Shown: piece after piece, positions 36,844-44,808 of the stretch
Layout of the letters: every line of letters begins with the position of its first letter
How positions within the stretch are numbered: position 1 is the first letter of the stretch
NCBI GenBank assembly: GCA_034438015.1
Contig: DAOTTD010000185.1
Location: forward strand, 31,908-95,907
Length of the DNA: 64,000 nucleotides
Direction: 5' to 3'
DNA from: Ktedonobacteraceae bacterium
GTDB taxonomy: Bacteria; Chloroflexota; Ktedonobacteria; Ktedonobacterales; Ktedonobacteraceae
Made by a program: the position numbers and the translations under genes
Notes under the pieces: generated by a model
Seen by the model: only the letters and a program-made list of their open reading frames with translations
Told to the model about the DNA's origin: nothing
Database searches by the model: none

Positions 36844-37875
36844 ATGGCGACCGGAGCACGCGTGGAGGATGTCCACATTATCTGGATAACGGCTGGATTG
36901 GGCTGTGATGGGGATACCATCTCAATCACCGCAGCTACCCAGCCCAGCATTGAGGATGTATTGTTGGGTGCCATACCGGGGCTACCCAGGGTGCATCTTC
37001 ACAATCCCGTCCTGGCCTATGAAACTGGTGACAGCTTTATGTCCTGGTGGTATAAGGCGGAAAAAGGCGAACTTGACCCCTTTGTGCTCGTCGTAGAAGG
37101 CTCCATTCCCAATGAGCGCATCAAATCCGAGGGATACTGGGCGGCGCTCGGCACCAATGAGGCGACGGGGCAGCCCATCACGACCACTGAATGGGTCGAC
37201 CGCCTGGCACCGAAAGCCTGGGGAGTGGTGGCGATCGGAACGTGCGCGACCTATGGAGGCATACATGCCATGGCGGGAAATCCGACCGGGGCAATGGGCC
37301 TTCCCGACTATCTGGGATGGAACTGGAAGTCGCAGGCAGGCCTGCCCATCGTCTGCGTTCCTGGCTGCCCGGTACAGCCCGATAACTTCACGGAGACGCT
37401 GCTCTATCTCCTTTACCAGGCAGCAGGTCTCTCGCCTATGATTCCGCTCGATGAGGCGCTGCGGCCAACATGGCTCTTCGGTCAGACCGTGCACGAGGGC
37501 TGTGATCGCGCGGGCTACTACGAGCAAGGCGACTTTGCCGAGGAATACGGCTCACCCAAGTGCATTGTGAAGTTGGGCTGCTGGGGTCCTGTCGTGCAGT
37601 GCAATGTCCCCAAACGCGGCTGGATGGCTGGCATCGGTGGCTGCCCGAACGTGGGTGGCATCTGCATAGGTTGTACCATGCCTGGCTTCCCGGACAAGTT
37701 CATGCCCTTCATGGACGAGCCACCGGGCGCGAAGTTCTCGTCCTTCGCGGTACGCACCTACGGTGTTACGATTCGCACGCTGCGCAAGTTCACGAAGGAC
37801 ACATTGAACAAAGAGCCTTCGTGGCGGCATACGGGCACGCAGCTCACCACGGGATATAAGCCGGTACAGCACTGA
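36844..37875 (+). CDS. hhyS: [NiFe]-hydrogenase small subunit, group 1h (high-affinity, actinobacterial-type)
   Basis: No Tat signal. WITAGLGCDGD proximal-cluster motif and multiple Cys ligands (GTCATYGG, CPVQPD, GCxxxGxCIGC). ATG at 36844 follows AGGAGGG. Confidence 0.9.
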   Translation: MATGARVEDVHIIWITAGLGCDGDTISITAATQPSIEDVLLGAIPGLPRVHLHNPVLAYETGDSFMSWWYKAEKGELDPFVLVVEGSIPNERIKSEGYWAALGTNEATGQPITTTEWVDRLAPKAWGVVAIGTCATYGGIHAMAGNPTGAMGLPDYLGWNWKSQAGLPIVCVPGCPVQPDNFTETLLYLLYQAAGLSPMIPLDEALRPTWLFGQTVHEGCDRAGYYEQGDFAEEYGSPKCIVKLGCWGPVVQCNVPKRGWMAGIGGCPNVGGICIGCTMPGFPDKFMPFMDEPPGAKFSSFAVRTYGVTIRTLRKFTKDTLNKEPSWRHTGTQLTTGYKPVQH

Positions 37876-38003
37876 TAAGCGCTGCAGCGCTCCCGCCTGC
37901 GAGTTTATACAGGTCCGTCTGACCGTTTGCCTCTATCTTCACGTCGTGGAATGTACCGGTAGTGAGTTTTCCCTGGTGAGATTTCCAAATGTAAGGAGAG
38001 AGC

Positions 38004-39800
38004 ATGAGTACAGAGATTCGACGCGAGGACCCCTCGGCTCAGCCACCACAGCTTGTCGAGATGTCCTGGGATCCCATTACGCGTATCGTCGGCAGCCTGG
38101 GCATCTACACAAAAATAGATTTCAAGCAGCGCCAGGTCGTTGAATGCCACAGCACTTCGTCTATATTTCGAGGCTACAGCCTCTTTATGCAGGGGAAGGA
38201 CCCGCGTGACGCCCATTTTATCACCAGCCGTATCTGCGGCATCTGCGGTGATAATCACGCGACCTGCGCCGTCTACGCTCAGAACATGGCCTTCGGGGTC
38301 AAGCCGCCGGCGATAGGCGAGTGGATACTCAACCTGGGCGAGGCGGCTGAGTACATGTTCGACCACTGCCTCTACCAGGACAATCTCGTCGGTGTCGATT
38401 TCTGCGAGCAGATGGTGCGTGAGACCAATCCCGGCGTTCTTGAGAAGGCCGAGCATACTGAGTCCCCCCACGCGCACCTGCATGGATACCGCACCATAGC
38501 CGACATCATGCGCTCGCTGAATCCGTTCACAGGCGAGTTCTATCGCGAGTCGCTGCAGATGAGCCGGACGACACGCGAGAAGTTCTGCCTGATGGAAGGG
38601 CGTCACGTACACCCCTCGACGCTCTACCCCGGCGGCGTGGGAACGGTCGCCACCATCCAGGTCTTCACGGACTATCTCGTCCGTCTGATGAAGTACGTCG
38701 AGTTCATGAAGAAGGTCGTGCCGATGCACGACGACCTGTTCGATTTCTTCTACGAGGCTCTGCCTGGCTATGAGAAGGTCGGACAACGGCAGATATTGCT
38801 GGGCTGCTGGGGATCGTTCCAGAACCCCGACGTGTGCGATTATGACTATCGCACGATGGCCGAGTGGGGACGCGCGATGTACGTGACGCCCGGTGTCGTC
38901 GTCGACGGTAAGCTGGTGACGACGAGCCTTGTGGATATCAACCTGGGCATGCGCATCCTACTCGGCAGCTCCTATTATGACGATTGGAACAACGAGCCAC
39001 TCTTCGTGACACACGATCCGCTGGGCAATCCGATCGACAGGCGGCACCCCTGGAACCAGACGACGCTGCCGAAGCCGCAGAAGCGCGACTTCCAGAACAA
39101 CTATAGCTGGGTGATGTCGCCGCGCTGGTACGATAAGCGCACCGGCAAGCACCTCGCGCTCGATACCGGCGGCGGACCGATCGCGCGCCTGTGGACGACC
39201 GCACTGGCGGGCCTGGTCGATCTCGGCGGTTATATCAAGGCGACCGGGCACAGCGTCAAGATCACGCTGCCACGCACCGCGTTGAAGCCTGAGATGGAAC
39301 TGGAGTGGAAGATCCCGCAGTGGAGTAATGCTCTGGAACGCGACCGCGCCAGGACGTACTTCCAGGCATATTCTGCCGCCGCCGCGCTCCACTTTGTGGA
39401 GAAGGCGCTCGATGAGATACGTGCAGGCAGAACAAAGACATGGAACGACTTCAAGGTGCCCCAGGACGCGATCGGCTGTGGCTTCCACGAGGCGGTACGT
39501 GGCGTGCTCTCCCATCACGTCGTCATTCGCGACGGGAAGATCGCCAACTATCACCCCTATCCGCCGACACCCTGGAACGCCAATCCGCGCGACATCTATG
39601 GAACGCCTGGCCCCTATGAAGACGCGGTACAGAACACGCCAATCTTCGAGGAGAACGGCCCGGACAACTTCAAAGGCATCGATATCATGCGCGCGGTGCG
39701 CAGCTTCGATCCCTGCCTGCCGTGCGGAGTGCACATGTACCTGGGTCCCGGCAAGGAACTACAGATCGTCCACTCTCCCACGTTCGGCGTGGGCGGCTAA
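38004..39800 (+). CDS. hhyL: [NiFe]-hydrogenase large subunit, group 1h
   Basis: L1 motif TSRICGICGDNH and L2 motif SFDPCLPCGVH. Confidence 0.95.
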   Translation: MSTEIRREDPSAQPPQLVEMSWDPITRIVGSLGIYTKIDFKQRQVVECHSTSSIFRGYSLFMQGKDPRDAHFITSRICGICGDNHATCAVYAQNMAFGVKPPAIGEWILNLGEAAEYMFDHCLYQDNLVGVDFCEQMVRETNPGVLEKAEHTESPHAHLHGYRTIADIMRSLNPFTGEFYRESLQMSRTTREKFCLMEGRHVHPSTLYPGGVGTVATIQVFTDYLVRLMKYVEFMKKVVPMHDDLFDFFYEALPGYEKVGQRQILLGCWGSFQNPDVCDYDYRTMAEWGRAMYVTPGVVVDGKLVTTSLVDINLGMRILLGSSYYDDWNNEPLFVTHDPLGNPIDRRHPWNQTTLPKPQKRDFQNNYSWVMSPRWYDKRTGKHLALDTGGGPIARLWTTALAGLVDLGGYIKATGHSVKITLPRTALKPEMELEWKIPQWSNALERDRARTYFQAYSAAAALHFVEKALDEIRAGRTKTWNDFKVPQDAIGCGFHEAVRGVLSHHVVIRDGKIANYHPYPPTPWNANPRDIYGTPGPYEDAVQNTPIFEENGPDNFKGIDIMRAVRSFDPCLPCGVHMYLGPGKELQIVHSPTFGVGG

Positions 39801-39812
39801 CGTAGCAAGCTT

Positions 39813-39847
39813 ACAGATGGGCTGTATCTCTTAGGCGGCCCGTCTGT
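39813..39847 (+). other. Intercistronic 10-bp stem-loop after hhyL
   Basis: ACAGATGGGC-N15-GCCCGTCTGT (one G-U pair). No U-tract. Confidence 0.35.
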
Positions 39848-39871
39848 ACTGCATGGAAGAAAGGCTGTAGC

Positions 39872-40441
39872 ATGCAACATGATGTGCAGAAAGCCTCCTC
39901 CTGGACGGGGCGCATCGAGGCGCTGGTTGAGAGGGTCGCCCGGTTCCCCGATGCCGACGCGCGCGCCACCACCGAGGAATTGCTGCAAACGGTGCTTGAA
40001 ATGTACGGAGAAGGGATCTCACGCCTGCTTGAACAGGTCTACGAGCACAGTGGAGGGGATACGGCGCTACTGGAAAAGATCGCTGACGACGAGCTGGTCG
40101 GCTCCTTACTGCTGCTGCATGGGTTGCACCCGCTCACGATCGAGCAGAGGATCGTGCGTGGGATCGAAGAGGTGCGTCCCTACCTGGAGAAGCACGGAGG
40201 GAACGTCGAACTGGTGAAGGTCGCAGATAACGTGGCCTATCTGCAACTGCAAGGGAGCTGCCAGGGCTGTTCCTCCTCTACGACGACACTGAAAACGGCC
40301 ATCGAGGAGACCCTTTACCGAGTGGCCCCCGACCTGGAGCGGATCGAGACGGAGGATGCTAACACGCCGGCGGCAAAACCGGTTATATTTATCTCTCCAA
40401 GGCGCAAACGGAGTGAGCCTGTTGTGCAGCAGACTAGATAA
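39872..40441 (+). CDS. NifU C-terminal (Nfu)-domain Fe-S scaffold-like protein, hydrogenase-associated
   Basis: GGNVELVKVADNVAYLQLQGSCQGCSSS (CxxC Nfu motif). Confidence 0.75.
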   Translation: MQHDVQKASSWTGRIEALVERVARFPDADARATTEELLQTVLEMYGEGISRLLEQVYEHSGGDTALLEKIADDELVGSLLLLHGLHPLTIEQRIVRGIEEVRPYLEKHGGNVELVKVADNVAYLQLQGSCQGCSSSTTTLKTAIEETLYRVAPDLERIETEDANTPAAKPVIFISPRRKRSEPVVQQTR

Positions 40442-40451
40442 GGAATAGGCT

Positions 40452-41138
40452 ATGACAGCAGATTCCAATCGCCGCTTCAATCGACCTGAAGCTCCGCTGG
40501 GTGCATTGCAACGCTTTGCGCGCAGCACGCCTCCTCGCGCAACGCTAGAGCACTGCGATCTGTGCAATGAGGTCGTGCCCTCCGAACACCGGCACCTGCT
40601 GGACCTCGCCAACCGCTCGCTGCTCTGTGCATGTAGGGCCTGCGCGCTGCTCTTCGATAAAGAGGGCGCGGGCAGTGGCAAGTACCTGATCATTCCGCAG
40701 CGCGTCCTGGCCCTGCCGGATTTTCAGATGAGCGATGGCGAGTGGGAAGAGTTGATGATACCCGTGAACATGGCTTTTCTCTATCGCAGCAGTGGAGAGA
40801 AGCCCATCGCCGCCTTCTATCCCGGTCCCGCCGGCGCTACAGAGTCGATGCTGGAGCTTGCGCAATGGAACGTGCTGGTGGATAATAACCCCATCTTGGA
40901 GACGATGGCGCATGATGTCGAGGCGCTGCTGATCAACCGGGTGCGTGGCGCTCGCGAATATTACATCGTCCCCATCGACAGTTGTTATCAGCTCGTGGGG
41001 CTGATCCGTCTCTCCTGGCGCGGGCTGAGCGGCGGTGAGGAGGTCTGGAAGAAGATCCTGGCCTTCTTCACAGATCTACGAGCAAGGGCAAAAACGCCGG
41101 AGACACCTATAACAGGAAGAGGTGCGACCGATGCCTGA
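40452..41138 (+). CDS. Conserved hydrogenase-cluster protein with an N-terminal Cys cluster, unknown function
   Basis: CDLC-x20-CACRAC motif. Placed between hhyL and the maturation genes. Family name not confirmed. Confidence 0.6.
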   Translation: MTADSNRRFNRPEAPLGALQRFARSTPPRATLEHCDLCNEVVPSEHRHLLDLANRSLLCACRACALLFDKEGAGSGKYLIIPQRVLALPDFQMSDGEWEELMIPVNMAFLYRSSGEKPIAAFYPGPAGATESMLELAQWNVLVDNNPILETMAHDVEALLINRVRGAREYYIVPIDSCYQLVGLIRLSWRGLSGGEEVWKKILAFFTDLRARAKTPETPITGRGATDA

Positions 41139-41781
41139 CCTGAACTTCGCGGTGGTCGGGGCCGAGATTCCCACCTTTGCCGCAACGCCGACGCTGCTCT
41201 TCAAGTTGCGCGTAACGAACGCCAACGAGCAGGAGCGCATACACAGCGTGACTTTGCGCAGCCAGGTCCAGATCGCGGCAACGCGCAGAAGATACAACGC
41301 TGATGAGCAGGCGCGCCTGGGCGATGTCTTCGGCGAGCCACAACGCTGGGGCGAGACGCTGCGCAGCCAGCTTTGGACGCATACTAGCACCGTTGTGCCG
41401 CCATTCGCGGGCAACACTGTCGTCGATCTTCCGGTGCCATGCACGTATGATTTCGAGGTCGTGAGCACGAAATATTTCAACGCGTTGGAAGGCGGCGATA
41501 TCCCGCTCTCCTTCCTGTTCAGTGGCACGATATTTTACGAGGGAGCAACCGGACAGCTCCAGGTGGGGCAGATCTCCTGGTCGAAGGAGGCGACGTTTCG
41601 TCTACCGGTCGCGCTCTGGCAGGAAATGATCGCCCACTACTATCCCAACAGCGCCTGGATACGTCTGCATAAGTATGCCTTCGACCAGCTCTACCAGTAT
41701 AAGCTGCGCAAGGGGCTTCCGACGTGGGAAGACGTTGTGGCTCATCTGCTTCAGGACAGTAGCGAAGGAATAGAGCAGTGA
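41131..41781 (+). CDS. Conserved hydrogenase-cluster protein, unknown function
   Basis: ATG at 41131 follows AGGAAGAGGTG. Overlaps both neighbours (translational coupling). Confidence 0.6.
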   Translation: MPDLNFAVVGAEIPTFAATPTLLFKLRVTNANEQERIHSVTLRSQVQIAATRRRYNADEQARLGDVFGEPQRWGETLRSQLWTHTSTVVPPFAGNTVVDLPVPCTYDFEVVSTKYFNALEGGDIPLSFLFSGTIFYEGATGQLQVGQISWSKEATFRLPVALWQEMIAHYYPNSAWIRLHKYAFDQLYQYKLRKGLPTWEDVVAHLLQDSSEGIEQ

Positions 41782-43073
41782 AGATAGAGCAAATACGAGA
41801 AATCGCCGACGCCATTCTCTACGAGGGATATCTACTCTATCCATACCGGCACTCGTCGATAAAAAACCGCCAGCGCTGGATGTTCGGCATCGTCTCTCCC
41901 AGGGTTGCAACAGGCGTCTCTTCCCACGCCTGGCGCATGCAGACGCAATGCCTGCTCGTGGGAGACGCAGCTACGCACCTCGACGTGCGTGTGCGCTTCC
42001 TCCATATATTGGAGCGCGCGCCAAAGACACCAGAGCCAGCGTCCCAATCCACGTTGCATGCCTCCCAGACGGAAGAGGTCCGGCGCTCAACCTCCCTCGA
42101 GGTCTGGGAAGAGGGCATACCACGCGAGGTGAGCGCGCTCGATGTAGTGCTGAATGATCTACTAAGCGCGGAACAGCGCATCGAGATCGACATTCCAGGC
42201 GGAGAACTGGAGGATGCTCATGATCCCCTGGCTGTTCGCTCTCAGCAAGCTATCATAGGAACGGTGACGATCGGAGCGGAGCCGGTCGGAGAGCGGGTGT
42301 ACAGGCTCACCGTGCGCATCGAAAATACAACGCCGGGAGATACGCAGCAAAACGCTATGTTGCAGTCATTCGTCTCGACGCACACGCTCCTGCAGGTACA
42401 CCAGGGATCGTTCGTCTCGCAGTTGGAGCCGCCGGAGGCGCTTTCGGCGCTCGTGCAGAAATGCCAGAATCTCTCCACATGGCCCGTACTGGTAGGGGAC
42501 GAGGGCGAGGCCGACGCGATGCTCTCCTCGCCCATCATCCTGTACGACTACCCGCGCATCGCACCGGAGAGCGTGGGAACGCTCTTCGACGGCACGGAGA
42601 TCGACGAGATCCTGACGCTGCGCATCCTCACCCTGACGGACGAGGAGAAGCGAGAGATGCGCGAGGCTGACGCGCGCACACGCGACCTGCTGGAACGCAC
42701 CGAGGCGCTCTCGGCGGAACAGCTTCTCAAGCTGCACGGCGTGATTCGCAGCCTGAAGCCGACCGACAAGGCAGGGGAGAGCATGGAGCCCGCAGAAGCA
42801 GCGCCAAAAGCAGTTGCTGTAAAGAACGGGACCGTGCGGACGAGAGATCGCGTGCGCCTGCATCCGAGCGCACAGGCTGACGCATTCGACATTCTACTCA
42901 ACGGCAAAACCGCCCGTGTCGAAGAGATCAAGCAGGACTTCGAGGGCCGCTACTACCTCGTCGTCACGTTGGACGACGATCCTGGACGCGAGCAGGAGGA
43001 CGAGCGCGTGCTGCCCGGACACCGTTTCTTCTTCTATCCGCAGGAGGTCGAGCGATTGGGGGAGGCGCGATGA
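41778..43073 (+). CDS. Conserved hydrogenase-cluster protein (431 aa), unknown function
   Basis: 4-nt start/stop overlaps on both sides. N-terminal ILYEGYLLYPYR. No motif recognised. Confidence 0.6.
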   Translation: MKIEQIREIADAILYEGYLLYPYRHSSIKNRQRWMFGIVSPRVATGVSSHAWRMQTQCLLVGDAATHLDVRVRFLHILERAPKTPEPASQSTLHASQTEEVRRSTSLEVWEEGIPREVSALDVVLNDLLSAEQRIEIDIPGGELEDAHDPLAVRSQQAIIGTVTIGAEPVGERVYRLTVRIENTTPGDTQQNAMLQSFVSTHTLLQVHQGSFVSQLEPPEALSALVQKCQNLSTWPVLVGDEGEADAMLSSPIILYDYPRIAPESVGTLFDGTEIDEILTLRILTLTDEEKREMREADARTRDLLERTEALSAEQLLKLHGVIRSLKPTDKAGESMEPAEAAPKAVAVKNGTVRTRDRVRLHPSAQADAFDILLNGKTARVEEIKQDFEGRYYLVVTLDDDPGREQEDERVLPGHRFFFYPQEVERLGEAR

Positions 43074-43621
43074 GTTCTCCCACTCCCCCCCAGCGGGTAC
43101 TGATCGCCTGCATCGGCAATATCTTTCTGGGAGACGATGGCTTCGGTGTCGAGATGGCGCAGCGCCTGATGCGCAGAAGCTATCCACATTACGTAGAAGT
43201 GATCGATTTCGGCATTCGCGGCGTGGAACTGGCCTACACCCTGCTCGACGACTACGACGAACTGATCCTTGTCGACGCCGTACCACGCGGAGGATCACCA
43301 GGAACGCTCTATCTTTTAGAGATCGATATGGAGAACATTCCTGCAGGGGACGCAACGCGCGTGACCCTCGACGCGCACAGCATGGACCCGGTCAGGGTAC
43401 TGGCCTTCGCGCGCTTGCTAGGTGCGCGCCCGATACACGCGCTGCTCGTCGGCTGCGAACCCGCGCTGCTGGGAAGCGTGGGAGACTACGAGGATATGCA
43501 GATGGGACTGAGCGAACCGGTACAGGCCGCTCTGGATGACGCGGTCAAGATGATCGATGATCTTATTGAGCAATGGTATACTTTAAGCAACGACCCCGTC
43601 GAGAAAGGAAAGACACGATGA
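43070..43621 (+). CDS. Hydrogenase maturation endopeptidase (HupD/HyaD/HybD family)
   Basis: RVLIACIGNIFLGDDGFGVE, LILVDAV and DAHSMDP metal-ligand pattern. Confidence 0.85.
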   Translation: MSSPTPPQRVLIACIGNIFLGDDGFGVEMAQRLMRRSYPHYVEVIDFGIRGVELAYTLLDDYDELILVDAVPRGGSPGTLYLLEIDMENIPAGDATRVTLDAHSMDPVRVLAFARLLGARPIHALLVGCEPALLGSVGDYEDMQMGLSEPVQAALDDAVKMIDDLIEQWYTLSNDPVEKGKTR

Positions 43622-43731
43622 TTACAATTGATCTTCGCAAAGTGCTGCTGGTGATTTTTCTGGTTATAGTTGGGATAACAGCGTATCAATATCGCGATGT
43701 TATGCGCTACTTACGCATGCGCTCGATGTAA
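43618..43731 (+). CDS. Possible 37-aa single-TM micro-protein, translationally coupled to the protease gene
   Basis: ATGA start/stop overlap at 43618-43621. MITIDLRKVLLVIFLVIVGITAYQYRDVMRYLRMRSM has a hydrophobic core and a basic tail. Below the ORF-track cut-off. Confidence 0.35.
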   Translation: MITIDLRKVLLVIFLVIVGITAYQYRDVMRYLRMRSM

Positions 43732-43757
43732 AGTTCCAGGGATGAGACATTATATCC

Positions 43758-44114
43758 ATGCACGAACTCGCCATTGCCGAGAGTATCGTTGAAGGCGTCA
43801 CCCGGCACGCACAGGAGTGTCGCGCCCAGCGCGTCACATCCGTACGCGTGCAGATCGGCGAGGCCTGCGGCATCGTCAGCGACTCGTTGGCCTTCTCATT
43901 CGAGATGATCGCCAACATGGAGCCGTTGCTCAGCGGGGCGAAGCTGGTGATCGAGCGCGTGCCGCATAGGGCGCGCTGCCGACACTGCAACAAAGAGTTC
44001 AACGTGATACACTTTATTGCACAGTGTCCCACTTGCGAGACATGGGACACGGATATCATCTCCGGTACGGAACTGCGTGTTCTCGATATGGAAATCGAAA
44101 CAGGCAAGGAGTAG
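43758..44114 (+). CDS. hypA: Hydrogenase nickel insertion protein HypA
   Basis: MHELAIAESIV N-terminus. Zinc site CRHC...CPTC. Confidence 0.9.
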   Translation: MHELAIAESIVEGVTRHAQECRAQRVTSVRVQIGEACGIVSDSLAFSFEMIANMEPLLSGAKLVIERVPHRARCRHCNKEFNVIHFIAQCPTCETWDTDIISGTELRVLDMEIETGKE

Positions 44115-44120
44115 TTTTCT

Positions 44121-44807
44121 ATGGTAAAAATCTCCATAGTGCAGAACATCCTGGCGGCCAACGACGAGGTTGCGCAGGAGATCCGGCAGAAGCTGCTAGC
44201 GCATGGCCTGCGCACGATCAATATGATGAGCTCGGCGGGCGCAGGCAAAACCACACTGCTCGAACAGACGATCAGGCACCTGAACGGGCGTCTGAGGCTC
44301 GGAGTGATCGAGGGCGATGTCGAGACCGCAGCCGACGCCGAGCGCATCGCCGCCGCCGGTGGGGAGAGCGTTCAGATCATCACACAGGGCGCCTGCCATC
44401 TTGAGGCGCACATGGTGCGCGCGGCCCTTGCCCAGCTCGACCTGGACGCCATCGACATGCTCATCGTCGAGAACATCGGCAATCTCGTCTGCCCGGCTGG
44501 CTGGGACCTGGGCGAGGATCTCAAGGCGGTGGTCGTCAGCACAACGGAGGGAGACGACAAGCCCGCCAAGTACCCACATATGTTCGCGGCCTCGCAGATC
44601 ATGATCATTAATAAGATCGACCTGCTGCCTTATGTCGACTATGACCTGAGCGCGGTGAAACGCTTCGCGCTGGCAGTGAATCCGCGCCTGCGTATCTTCG
44701 AGGTGAGCTGTCGCACAGGCGAAGGGATTGCGGCATGGTGTGAGTGGCTAGTCTCGTTTGCGCATGCAACAACCGAGGCAACAACAGAAGTGGAGGTGAG
44801 CAGGTAG
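44121..44807 (+). CDS. hypB: Hydrogenase nickel-incorporation GTPase HypB
   Basis: P-loop SSAGAGKTT, ENIGNLVCPA, NKIDL. Confidence 0.9.
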   Translation: MVKISIVQNILAANDEVAQEIRQKLLAHGLRTINMMSSAGAGKTTLLEQTIRHLNGRLRLGVIEGDVETAADAERIAAAGGESVQIITQGACHLEAHMVRAALAQLDLDAIDMLIVENIGNLVCPAGWDLGEDLKAVVVSTTEGDDKPAKYPHMFAASQIMIINKIDLLPYVDYDLSAVKRFALAVNPRLRIFEVSCRTGEGIAAWCEWLVSFAHATTEATTEVEVSR

Positions 44808-44808
44808 C

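Noticed and set aside
37905-39734. Large minus-strand ORFs (293 aa and 258 aa) opposite hhyL
   Set aside because: Antisense shadows. The plus frame has the diagnostic L1/L2 [NiFe] motifs.
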